Shown: positions 9,838 to 20,600 of the stretch, one piece after another
How positions within the stretch are numbered: the stretch's first letter is position 1
Layout of the letters: each line of letters starts with the position of its first letter
Assembly: GCA_963823665.1 (NCBI GenBank)
Contig: CAWGMQ010000006.1
Location: 1,152,001-1,216,000 of the forward strand
Source: an uncultured Planctomycetota bacterium
GTDB lineage: Bacteria; Planctomycetota; Planctomycetia; Isosphaerales; Isosphaeraceae
DNA: 64,000 nt
Direction of reading: 5' to 3'
Translations under genes and position numbers: made by a program
The notes under the pieces: generated by a model
What the model saw: only the letters and a program-made list of their open reading frames with translations
What the model was told of the DNA's origin: nothing
The model's database searches: none

Positions 9838-11626
9838 TCAGTGCGCCCCGCCCGCTGTTACCGGCCTGGCGTAGTCGCCTTTGAGGTAGCGGATAAGCGT
9901 CTCCAGGTCGCTCGCGGTGATCTGGTCGTCGCCGAACGCAGGCATCTGACCTGGTAGCTTTGCGTCGAGAAAGCCGTATTTGTCGGAGCTTCGCGGGTTG
10001 CGGATCATGTGCGCGATCCACCAAGGCGATCCCCAGCCGAAAAGGTTTGGTGCCCTGCGCATTCCGCCTTTCGTCAGGCCCTCGATGACGTGGCAGGTGC
10101 CGCACTCCTCGACAAACGACTCGCGCCCCGCATGCGTGGCGATTTCGGGCGACTTGAGCCAGTCAACCGGTGTCATTCCTTCGGGAATCGCGGCGAATGC
10201 CGCGACGAAGTCGGCCACTTTGTCGAGATCCGCCGGCTCGAGCCCCGAGCCTTCTTTCCATTCCTTCATGCCGCCGAACTTTGTCTTGCCGAAATACGTC
10301 GGTGATACCGGGTTCTCCAGCAGGCCGCGAACCCACTGCCGCGTGCCGAAGTCCTTGAGGTCAGACGCGGTCTGTGTTCCAGTGCTTTTGCCTTCAAACT
10401 GGTGACAGCCCAGACAGCGCCGATCGAGAATGCTGCTGCCCTGGGAGAGCGGGTCCCGGCGCAGGATGTACACGACGCGCCGTCGGGCGGAATGCCCACG
10501 TCTGGCAGCCCGGCCAGGTAGAGTGCCCGCTGCCGGGCTGCGTCGGCGTTCTTTCGGCCCTGCTGGAACAACGCGTCTCGCCCGTCGTCGATCATCGCCT
10601 GTACCGTCAGGTAACCGGCCGCACCGACAACGCGCAAAGACAAAGCCGCACGCCAGGAAATGGGCCAGCTTCCGCGGCAAGCACGCGGTCAAGGAACGGC
10701 AGGAGCATCATCACGACCACGAGCGCAGTCGGGATGACAATCGTGCCGATGATCTCGCTGCTGCCCGGAAAGAGCTTGAGCATCTGGAAGAGAGACAGGA
10801 AATACCACTCGGGGCGAGCGGGGTAGTCTGAGCTGGCCGGGTCGGCCGGGGCATCCAGGTTGGCGCCGCCCTCGGCGAGCACGAGCACGATCACGACGCC
10901 CAGGACGAGGGCGGACGCGATCGTGTCCATGAAGAGCTGCTCGGGCCAGAACGTGGCGGTCGGGCGGTTCTCGGAACCGGCGGGTGCGGTGATGCCGTGG
11001 CGTCTGAACAGAGCGACGTGTGCGACCAGGCAAAGCACGAGCAGCACGGGCAGGAAGCCGACGTGAAGGCCGTAGAAACGGGTGACGGTCTGGTTGCCGT
11101 AGTCGGGGCCGCCGACGATCGTCTTCTGGAGGTACGGTCCGATTCCCGGTGCGCCGCCCATGATGTTGGTTGCGACCTTGGTGGCCCAGTAGCCTTTCTG
11201 GTCCCAGGGAAGCAGGTAGCCGGTCAGGCTGAAGCCGAGTGTCAGGAAGAGGAGTGCCATTCCGAACCACCAGTTGAGCTCGCGCGGCCGGCGATAGGCG
11301 CCGGCGATGAGCACTTGAAGCAGGTGCAAGACCAGGAGCACGACCATGGCCTGCGCTGCGAAGTGGTGCACGCCGCGAATGAACCAGCCGCCCCACATGT
11401 CGTGGCTGATAAAAAAGACGCTGCCCCAGGCCGTCGACGACGAGGGGCTGTACGAGGTCATCAGCAAGAGCCCGGTGAAGACCTGGACCATGAAGATCAC
11501 CGAGAGCGCCGAGCCGAAGACGTAGCGCCAGCGAGCGCCGCCGGGTATCGGCTCGTCGAGCGCTTCGTGCATGAGATGGCGGTAACCGGTCCGGTGATCG
11601 AGCCAGTCAGCCAGTTGCTTAAACAA
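9838..11626 (-). CDS. Cytochrome b (b6 + subunit IV-like) fused to a di-heme cytochrome c, frameshifted
   Basis: TTG start MFKQLADWLDHRTGY; IRGVHH, LHLLQ, GYLLPWDQKGYWA, RFYGLH, RPEWYF; downstream CLGCH and CGTCH heme motifs. Confidence 0.88.
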
Positions 11627-12144
11627 GGGGTTGCTGCTCCTCGCTCTGGGTGCGGAACCGCTCGAACTTGACGCGGACCTCGGGGTCATCGCCCTCGGTC
11701 AGCTCGACCTTGAGGCGATCCATCGGCCGCGGGGGAACCGGGTTGGTGGGCTTTCCTTCGAAGTCGAACGAGCTGGTGTGGCAGGGGCAGAGGAACCCCT
11801 TCTTGTCGGCCGAGAGATTGATGGCACAGCCCAGGTGCGGGCATTCGGACGTGAAGGCGATGACCGGCGGACTCGGCTTCCTTGGGCTGGCGGATGAGCC
11901 AGACCGAGCCGACCGGCTCGCGGGGATATTTCACCCAGGCGTCGCGCCGGTCTTTGATGATCGCGAACGAGCGGGGAACTCCCGCGTCGAGCTGGCTGAG
12001 CCGAGTGAGCGTCTCGAACGATCCTTCGCCTTCCTTCTTTCGCAGTGGAGAGACCACATACGCCACGCCGGGCACGGCCAGCACGAGCCCCATCAAGCTG
12101 CCGACGGCCATGGTGGCGTATCGGTAAAAGTCGCGTCGGGTCAT
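11619..12144 (-). CDS. Rieske 2Fe-2S subunit of a cytochrome bc complex (frameshift near 11870)
   Basis: Tat-like MTRRDFY + TM; after the shift ECPHLGC..FLCPCHTSSFD..PPRPMD; stop overlaps the cytochrome b start. Confidence 0.9.
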
Positions 12145-12485
12145 TCGTGGGTGTGCTCCCCGGGGACAGTGGGACGTGCGGACTGATGTCAGCGGGCGCG
12201 AAGGCAGGATCTCTCCAGTGAGCTAATATAGCGAACGGCTCGCAGATTTCCACCGTTTGCTGCGTCGGAGCCCAGGCGACACGACAGACGTTGAACTCTG
12301 TGCGGCGCTCCGTTGGACTCGGGACGCAACCGGATGCGAAGAGCACTGAGTTTAATTTCGCATTCGCTAGAAGCCCGATGGCGGGATGGGCTTGGGAGGC
12401 GCGTTGGTGATAAAGTCGGAAAATACTCAGCGATGACATCGATCTGCCGTGCGAACGAGACGGCGAAGGACCAAATCGAATCAAG

Positions 12486-12935
12486 ATGCGTGCTCTTATT
12501 CTCGAAGACAATCTCGATCGGCGAGTTGCCATGACCGGCCGATTGGCCAAAAGGTTTCCACTCCTTCGCGTTACCTTCTTTGACGCGTCGAAGGCCATGA
12601 TCGATTTCATGAAATCTGATGAATTGCTGGATGTTGCAATGATCTCCCTCGACCACGACCTTGAGTTTATCGCGGGCGTAAACGGTGACTGGGTTGATCC
12701 AGGCACAGGTCTGGAAGTTGCGAAATGGCTTTCGGAACAACCCAAGCCGATTTGTCCCGTCGTGGTGCATACGACAAATTCGCGTGAAGGCGACAAGATG
12801 ATGCGGCTATTGAAGAAAACGCATTGGGTATCGCATCGGGTTATACCGCACGGCGACCTCGAGTGGATCGATACGGTTTGGTTTCGAGTTGTAAGAAACG
12901 CGATCGTCGATTTTGCCCGCAACAAGCTCGCATAA
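12486..12935 (+). CDS. Stand-alone atypical receiver-fold protein (cyclic-phosphate-processing receiver, cREC-like)
   Basis: ILEDNLDR..ISLDHDL..GTGLEVAKWL..VVVHTTN motif set. Confidence 0.75.
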   Translation: MRALILEDNLDRRVAMTGRLAKRFPLLRVTFFDASKAMIDFMKSDELLDVAMISLDHDLEFIAGVNGDWVDPGTGLEVAKWLSEQPKPICPVVVHTTNSREGDKMMRLLKKTHWVSHRVIPHGDLEWIDTVWFRVVRNAIVDFARNKLA

Positions 12936-13047
12936 TCTCACTGCGAGCCGAAGGAGAGGTAAATCGTCGAGTCGAAGACAGCAAAAACGATCAAGCGGCA
13001 CATCCGGTCATCGCGTAAAAACCTGGAACACAGTGGGAGCAAGACTC

Positions 13048-13881
13048 ATGGATCCGGTTCAAAAAGCGCTCTGGTACGTCGAAAGTCACTCGCGAGAACC
13101 CATCACTCTCGAGGACATCGCGAGTGCCTGCAAGGTGTCGCCGTTTCACTTGACGCGCCTGTTTGCCACCACCATGGGGCTCTCGCTCATGCGGTACGTT
13201 CGTGCTCGCCGCTTGTGTGAAGCCGCGCGGCAGCTTGCGCAGGGCGCTGACGATATTCTGGCCGTCGCCCTCGCCGTGGGATACGGCTCTCACGAGGCGT
13301 TCACACGCGCGTTCCGTGATCAATTCGGCCTGACTCCGGAGCAGGTTCGCGCCCAGAGTCATCTCAACAACATCAAACTCGTGGAGGCTATTCCGATGAA
13401 CGCTACACCCCTTCCCGACCTTGCCCCACCACGCTTCGAAACGCTCGAGCCGATGCTCCTGGCCGGCCTGGTCGAGCGCTACAACTGTGAGTCGGCGGCA
13501 GGCATCTCCGACCAGTGGCAGCGCTTCTCACCCTACTTCGGATCGTTCAAGAAGCAAGTGGGAATGCATGCCTACGGCGCGAGCTTCAAATTCGACAACG
13601 AATCCAACTTCGACTATTTGTGCGGCGTCCAGGTAGCCAGTGCCGCTGATTTGCCCAAGGGTTTGACGAGCCTGTCGGTTCCCAAGCACAAATACGCCGT
13701 GTTCAAACACGTCGGTCATGTCGCAGGCGTCCGGGCCACATTCGCCGCGATCTGGAACAAATGGCTTCCCGAGTCGGGGTTTCAGGTCGCGGATGCCCCA
13801 ACTTTTGAGCGATATGGTCCCGAGTTTAACCCGATGACGGGCATGGGCGGGTTTGAGATCTGGGTGCCGATCCGGGAGTGA
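13048..13881 (+). CDS. AraC family regulator with GyrI-like effector-binding domain
   Basis: N-terminal dual HTH (SPFHLTRLF..GYGSHEAFTRAFRDQFGLTP) and C-terminal YAVFKHVG..IWNKWLPESG..FERY..EIWVPI. Confidence 0.93.
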   Translation: MDPVQKALWYVESHSREPITLEDIASACKVSPFHLTRLFATTMGLSLMRYVRARRLCEAARQLAQGADDILAVALAVGYGSHEAFTRAFRDQFGLTPEQVRAQSHLNNIKLVEAIPMNATPLPDLAPPRFETLEPMLLAGLVERYNCESAAGISDQWQRFSPYFGSFKKQVGMHAYGASFKFDNESNFDYLCGVQVASAADLPKGLTSLSVPKHKYAVFKHVGHVAGVRATFAAIWNKWLPESGFQVADAPTFERYGPEFNPMTGMGGFEIWVPIRE

Positions 13882-14022
13882 GCGGCGTCACGATATTCTC
13901 TGGAGACCGGAACGGATCCGGCTCGCACGCGTCTAATCCAGGTAGGCAAGCGACCTTCTCGCATTGATGGTGGCTGTTTCGGGTGTCGAGGGAATGTTCG
14001 ATCGTGCGCGCGGAGACAGCTC

Positions 14023-15285
14023 ATGAGTCACTCTCCGCGCAGCTTTACGTGGATGACGTTCGTGGTCATGGTGGGCGCAAGCACAGGCGGTGGCGCCGTG
14101 TGGCTCTTTTCGCGGATCGATCCCAACCGACTGCGAACGAAACCGGTCGGTGTGGTCGCCAAGCCGGTCACCGCCAAAGCACCGCCGGTGGTCACCTACC
14201 GCTTGGGACACCATCGTGTCGCGCTCAAGTTTCGGATCGAGGACGCAGCCAGTCATAGCCCAATCAACCTGGCCCGCGTTCGAATCGAGAATCTGAATCT
14301 CGCCGCCGAACTGGGCACGGACTCGGAGGCGGTGACCTCGCCTGACGGGCATGCGCAGGTCAGCCATGCCTTCCTCGCATTCGAAGAACGGCAAGGTGCG
14401 GATTCGATGGTCCGCATCAGTTTTCAGGGGCCCTGGATCTCCGTCTCCTGCGCCGGATTTGAGACGAGGAAGTTGCCGCTCTCGGAGCTTCTGAGCGATC
14501 TGGACTGGCGCACCGCGCCCGACGTATTCATGCGATTTCCCCACCCGCAGGAAGTGGTAGTGGAGCTCCAGACTGGACCGACCAAGACACGCCCACTATC
14601 CGTGCTGGCCGGGGACTACACTTACCAGGATGACTGCGCCGGTGTGCTCCTTCGGATCACGACGGACGGGACCTATCAGTATTCGTATTGGAACGACACC
14701 GGCGGGCAGCTCGAATTCCAAGGCACCTGCTCGGCCGGCGACGGCGCTCTGCGATTGACTCCGACCGGGCCGTACTCGTCAAGCGTCGGATACCTGGCGG
14801 GCGATTTTATTCCAATTGATTGGGGCGATCGTGCCTTTCTGGTGCCTGAAAAAGACCGATTGCTCTTCTGTAGCGCTGGGAATGGTGCTTTCATCCCTCA
14901 TTGCGTGAGCCGCGGCCCCGGTAAGGCATACCCTGGTCCATTTGCGCGGCGGACCCTCGAAGGCGTCCCGAAAGTTCCACGTGAGTGGAAGCCGTTTCTG
15001 CTCTCCACGCCGGTGGTCGGATCGATCACCGATCTCATCTCGCAGGATATGGTGCTGATCGACAAGGGAGCGAAAGATGGAATCCGGGCCGGCATGGTGA
15101 TGTTGCGAGCGAATGATACCAATTCGCCGCTCTACACGGTCCTTTACGTCGAGGACGGTCGGTGCCTGATCAAGGACTCGCGGCATTACGATCCGATCGT
15201 CGAGCACTTCCGATACCCTGAGCCATTCCCGTTGACGGTCGGGCGGAAGATGTCGACTCGTTTGCCGGTTCCCGACACGAAATGA
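14023..15285 (+). CDS. Hypothetical membrane-anchored protein
   Basis: 420-aa ORF with N-terminal hydrophobic segment; C-terminal IDKGAKDGIRAGM resembles FlgT-C-like beta domains. Confidence 0.65.
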   Translation: MSHSPRSFTWMTFVVMVGASTGGGAVWLFSRIDPNRLRTKPVGVVAKPVTAKAPPVVTYRLGHHRVALKFRIEDAASHSPINLARVRIENLNLAAELGTDSEAVTSPDGHAQVSHAFLAFEERQGADSMVRISFQGPWISVSCAGFETRKLPLSELLSDLDWRTAPDVFMRFPHPQEVVVELQTGPTKTRPLSVLAGDYTYQDDCAGVLLRITTDGTYQYSYWNDTGGQLEFQGTCSAGDGALRLTPTGPYSSSVGYLAGDFIPIDWGDRAFLVPEKDRLLFCSAGNGAFIPHCVSRGPGKAYPGPFARRTLEGVPKVPREWKPFLLSTPVVGSITDLISQDMVLIDKGAKDGIRAGMVMLRANDTNSPLYTVLYVEDGRCLIKDSRHYDPIVEHFRYPEPFPLTVGRKMSTRLPVPDTK

Positions 15286-15295
15286 GCCCATCAAA

Positions 15296-16127
15296 TCAAT
15301 CGAACCACGTCAGGCGCGGCAGAGCTTTCTTGAGGTCTGCGCGACCAGCCGCGGTCACCGCGGTGTCTTGCGTCGACAGACTTTCGAGGCTCTTCAATCC
15401 TTTCAGATGTTTGGGGCGGCGTCGCTGACCTGCGTGCGGTTAAGCCGTAGGTCCCAGAGGGTGGTCAGTCGCTCGACGTGCCGCAAACCAGCATCGGTAA
15501 TCTTGGTATCACTGAGATCGAGGAATTGGAGATTGGTGAGGCCCTTGAGCCTCGCCAGGCCATCGTCGCTGATTCTGGTGCCCAGCAAGGAGAGGTTGCG
15601 AAGTCCGGTCAGTCCCTTCAAGTGATCCAACCCCTCATCGGTGACTTGCGTGCCCTGGAGAAAGAGGACAGTGAGGTTCTTCATACCCTCGAGGTGGACC
15701 AGTGCTCTGTCGGTGACATTCGTATCCGAAAGGTACAGATCATGGAGTGCCGGGAAAGACGCGACGCGTGCCAGGTCCGTATCGGTACACCGCGCTTCTT
15801 GAGTGAATGAGACTCCGATGACGTGGTCGAGAACGTCGATTTCCACGCGATCGGCGAGCGACTTCGGCAACAAGCATTGCGGGCGCCAGGGGAGATCACC
15901 GCGCGAATACCAGATGACGCATCCGCCCCGGGCGTTGACATAATCTCGCCCGTAATACCGAACGAAGCCCCCATTTCTTTCAACGGCGCACACAGCCTCT
16001 CGCTGGATGCGGGCACGCGCGCAATCCAGCCGAACCAAAGGCCAGTTATCAACACAACGACCATCAGCCCGCGCACGCTGAATCGCAGAAATCTTCGCCA
16101 GGTCCAGGTGGACGGACCGGCTAGCAT
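15296..16127 (-). CDS. Membrane-anchored leucine-rich-repeat protein (frameshifts near 16020 and 15410)
   Basis: RRFLRFSVRGLMVVV + TM, then repeated LxxLxLxxTxVTDxGLxxLxGL units. Confidence 0.85.
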
Positions 16128-16201
16128 TTTGCTCGATCTCCAGAAATGGCGGGTTGATTGCGCGAGAAGCATTCCGCTCGACGGGTCTTCGCCAATCATC
16201 G

Positions 16202-16816
16202 TCAGGGCAGCAAATCGTCGACCGCTAACGTTCCCAGCGCGACTCCGTAGAGCGACACCGGCACGTGGGAACCTCGCGGGTAATCGACGTGACCGCGATA
16301 GCCGGTCTCGTTGGGGTCCGTGTAGACTTCAACTCGGCGGTCGATCAGATTGACGACCCAGTACATGGGAATTCTTGCTCGCGCGTAAGCTTGTAGCTTC
16401 TCGCCGCGGTCTCGATCAAGGCTCGCCTCGGCGACCTCCACGATCAGGCCGACGTCGCCCGGACCGGGGTGACGCGTCTTATAGTCGACGCGCGTTCCGC
16501 GCACGACGGTGACGTCCGGCTCCGGTTCGTCAAACTCCGGTATCCGTACAGGGCCTTCGCGACGAAGCAGCCAACCCGCAGGAAGGAGCCGCGCAAGCCC
16601 GATTTCGGTCGCATCGACCGACCACACGTGCGGTGGGTTCTTTCCCATTTTTCTTACCAACAGGCCGTAGAGCAGCTCAATCCTGGAGCCGTCGGAACCC
16701 CCAAGTGCGACTAATCGCTCGTATTCGCTGACGTTCATCCTGCTGCACTCCCGGAAAGGCGTTTCCGTTGTTGCGTTGCGAGTGCCGCTCGACAGCGCAG
16801 GTAATGAGCGTATCAT
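16202..16816 (-). CDS. Uma2 (DUF820) family putative endonuclease
   Basis: RIELLYG..EPEPDVTVV..LIVEVAEASLDRDRGEKLQAYARARIPMYWVVNL. Confidence 0.92.
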   Translation of the reverse strand: MIRSLPALSSGTRNATTETPFRECSRMNVSEYERLVALGGSDGSRIELLYGLLVRKMGKNPPHVWSVDATEIGLARLLPAGWLLRREGPVRIPEFDEPEPDVTVVRGTRVDYKTRHPGPGDVGLIVEVAEASLDRDRGEKLQAYARARIPMYWVVNLIDRRVEVYTDPNETGYRGHVDYPRGSHVPVSLYGVALGTLAVDDLLP

Positions 16817-16863
16817 GGGTGCGGCACGGCACCTACTACGATCATGTCACCGAAAGAGGACCC

Positions 16864-17373
16864 ATGACTGTACCGATACTGATTGTTGTCCTATCCGTCT
16901 GGATCGGCGTCCTGGTGATTTACTTGCGGATGATGAAGAACGCGCGAGCTGCCGAACTTGCGCGGGAGAGTCCTGCCATCGAGCAGACTGTCGCGACTCA
17001 GTGGAATGCGCATTCGATTTCGCGCCGCATGGCCGTGAGCGCATTCTGGACTGTGGCCGTCGTCGGCCTGGGCTTCCTCTGGGAGCGACCGCTCCAGGGC
17101 CGAGGTCGCATCAAGTGGACGGCGGCGACGCTCGGCGGCTCACTCATCATCTCGGCGATGATCGGTGCGATGCTCGGTTATCTTTTCGTCGTGAGGGACC
17201 TCGTCGCGGAACGGAGGTCGAAGGGGCAGCGCGTTAATCTCGTGTTGCGAGCCTACTTCAACTCCGGATTTATTTCGCTTTTCTTGTGGATTCTCACCGG
17301 ATTGGTCGCGGCGATCGCCGGTATCTTTGTTTACGGCGCGGTCTTGGTTTCCCGCGTACGACCGGCACGCTAA
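16864..17373 (+). CDS. Hypothetical membrane protein (~4 TM)
   Basis: RBS AGAGGA before ATG; four hydrophobic segments. Confidence 0.65.
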   Translation: MTVPILIVVLSVWIGVLVIYLRMMKNARAAELARESPAIEQTVATQWNAHSISRRMAVSAFWTVAVVGLGFLWERPLQGRGRIKWTAATLGGSLIISAMIGAMLGYLFVVRDLVAERRSKGQRVNLVLRAYFNSGFISLFLWILTGLVAAIAGIFVYGAVLVSRVRPAR

Positions 17374-17685
17374 GACCTGCCGGCCGAATCCGCCTGGGGC
17401 TGCCGACCGCGCGATTCAGTCCATTGGCTCGCAGTTCTCGATCGCGAAGATCGCGCCCGGCCCGCGGATGGCGTACTGCCGGCGGCAACAAAAGTCCGAT
17501 CTCACGCTTTCCCGCTCGATTCGCGTCGTCGGTGTCAAGAATGCCCTTCAGCACCCGGGGAAGCCCGCTGAGCTCGGCGGTTGAAACCGGGCAACGACAT
17601 CTGGATTCGCGGCAGTCGTTATCTTATGGTAGAGGCTGAATGCTGACATCCAATCACGGATTACGCAGGCTACGAGGTATTTCCG

Positions 17686-20600
17686 ATGGTGTCTCCCCGC
17701 CCGCGATGTTCCCGCCGGCACGGGCCGGCCAGCCGGTCTTGCCGCCCGACCATCGAGGCCCTGGAAGTCCGCCAACTCCTTTCGCTCCAGGCGGTCTCGC
17801 TGGCCGATTCCGCCCTCTTCGGCGCCAGCGCCGACGGCGGCTCCGACAGCCCCTCGATCAGCGCCGATGGTCAGCTCATCGCGTTCGAGAGCACAGCGGA
17901 CAACCTCGTTGACAGCGCCACGAGCGGGTTCAACGAGCAGGTGTACGTCGGCGACGCGACCGGCGGCCCGGCCCGGCTCGTCGAGCGCCACCGCCTCCGG
18001 CGCCGGGGGGAACGGCGATTCCACCGACCCGGTCATCAGCGCCGACGGCCAGTTCGTCGTCTTCTTGAGCGACGCGACCGACCTCGTCCCGGAGCAGGTC
18101 ACGGGAGGGACGCACCTGTACGAGACCAATCTCCAGACCGGGGCCACCACGCTGGTCGACGTCAACACCTCCGGGGCCGGAACGGCCGACAACGTCGATC
18201 AGCCGTCGGTCGCCGCCGACGGACTTCCTGTCTACAACACGTCGTCAGTTAGCAGCGACGGCCGTTATGTCGTCTTCACCGCCACGGCGAACGACCTGAC
18301 GTCCGCCCCGACCATTTCCAGCGGCACGATCACCAATGTCTACGTCCGCGACACGGTCGCGGGAACGACCATGCTCGTCAGCGTCGACGCCGCCGGCAGC
18401 GACGGCGGCAACGGCAATTCCGCCGATGCCAGCATCAGCGCTGACGGCTCCGAGGTCGTCTTCCAGAGCGACGCCTCGAACCTCGTCGCCACGGACACCA
18501 ACAACGCCACCGACGTGTTCGTCCGCAGCCTCACGACGGGCATGACGAGCCTGGTCAGCGCCAACATCTCGAACACCGATAGCGGCGACTTCGAGTCGTT
18601 CGGCCCGGTGCTCAGCGGCGACGGCAACCACGTCGTGTTCCTGAGTCACGCCGACGACCTCCAGTCGATCCACAAGCACAACGAGCTGGTTGACGTCTAT
18701 GAGCGCGACCTCACGACCGACGTGACGACGCTCATCAGCGTCAATGCGGCGGGCACCGACAGCATCCTCAGCAACGCCTCGCAGCCGGCCGTCAGTGACG
18801 ACGGCCGCTACGTCGCCTTTGTGGACAATTCGCCCCCGCAAGTCTACGTGCGCGACACGCAGGCGGGGACGACGGCGCTGGCCAGCGTCGACCTCGCGGG
18901 CACGGCCGGCGACAGCAACTCGAGCAGACCGGCGCTCAGCGCCGACGGGAGCGTCGTCGCCTTCCTGAGCGTCGCGGACGACCTGGTCTCGCTTCCGACC
19001 AACGGCCAGCAGAACCTCTTTGTCCGCAACCTGACGACCGGCGTGACCACTCTGGCCAGCATCGACGCTGCGGGCACGGCCGGCGGCGACAACCAAACCG
19101 AAGACAATCCCTACTCGGCGGACCCCGCCCCCTTCCTGGGCAGGCTTACCCCTGACGGCACCAAGGTCGCGTTCTCTAGCTCCGCCGACGATCTGGTGGC
19201 GAATGACAACAACGACCTGCCCGACGTATTTGTCCGCGACCTCGTCGCGAACGCGACCACGCTCGTTTCGACCCGCGACCCGAACCTGCCGGCGGCCTAC
19301 ACGTCACACGGGCCGACTTACGTTGGCGCGATCAGCGCCGTCGGCAACTCGGTCGCCATGAACGGCGGCGGGCCCGACCTGGCAGCGACCAGCGAGCCAG
19401 GGACCATCGACCCGTCAGTCAGCTACGCCGCCGTCAGCGACGTCCAGTCCGGCACCGTGACCGCCTTTCCCGTTTCGAGCGGCACCTCGCAAGCTGGCGG
19501 GGCCACGGCCCTGAGCGCCGACGGATCGGTGATGGCGTTCCAGGAGAATACAGATCGGAGGAATGAACGTCTACACGGCCGCCGCTCCGGGCGGCGCGCA
19601 CGGTGCTAGTCAGCGAGAACGCCGCAGGGACCGGTCCGGGAGACGCCGACTCGTTCAGCCCGGTGATCAGCGGCGACGGCAGCACGGTCGTTTTTTCGAG
19701 CGAGGCGACCGATCTTGTCCCCAATTTCGTCCGGGGCACGGCTACAGGCAACGGAGTCACCGGCACCGACCTGTTCGCGCGGAACCTCAATACGGGCGTG
19801 ACGACCCTGGTCAGCGTCAACGCCGCGGGCACGGCCGCCGGCAATGGCCTCTCGGGCAACGGCAGCTATGCCAACCTGGACTTGAGCAATTTGCACGGCA
19901 CCCCCGGGGGCTACAGTTACTCCGTCAGCGCCGATGGCCGTTACGTTGTCTTTTTCAGCGAAGCTACTGATCTGACCGCGATCGAGCCTAACGCCAACGG
20001 GGGCGGGATCTACGTCCGCGACCTCCAGGCCGGCACGACCCAGCTCGTCGACGTCGCCGCCGACGGCATGTCGGCCGCCAACGGGGCACCGTTTTTCAAC
20101 CCGGTGATCAGCGCCGACGGCGACTATGTCGTTTTCGAAAGCTCGGCGACCAACCTGGTTAGCGGCCTCAACCTGCCGGCGGACAACAGCTACACCTACG
20201 TTCGCGACCTCCAGACCGAAACGACGCGGCTGGTCAGCGTCGATTCTCTCGGCAACCCGTTCGGGTCGGACGGAGTTCCCTCGATCAGCGCCGACGGCCA
20301 GGTCATCACGTTCGCGAGTCTCTATAACGGAACCACGGAAGGGGCCATCAACGAGATCTACGCCTGGAGCGCGACCACCGGCACGGCGCAACTGGTCAGC
20401 GTCAACGCCGCCGGCGATGCGGCCGACTCGCCGAGCAACTCGTACCACACGAACGTTGAGGTCGACTCGGTCGTCAGCGCCGACGGCCGCTACGTCGCCT
20501 TTGTGAGCACGGCCGACAACCTCGCCCCGGGTACGTTCGACGGCTCCGAGAACCTGTACATCCGTGACCTCCAGGCCGGCACCACGACCCTCATCAGCGC

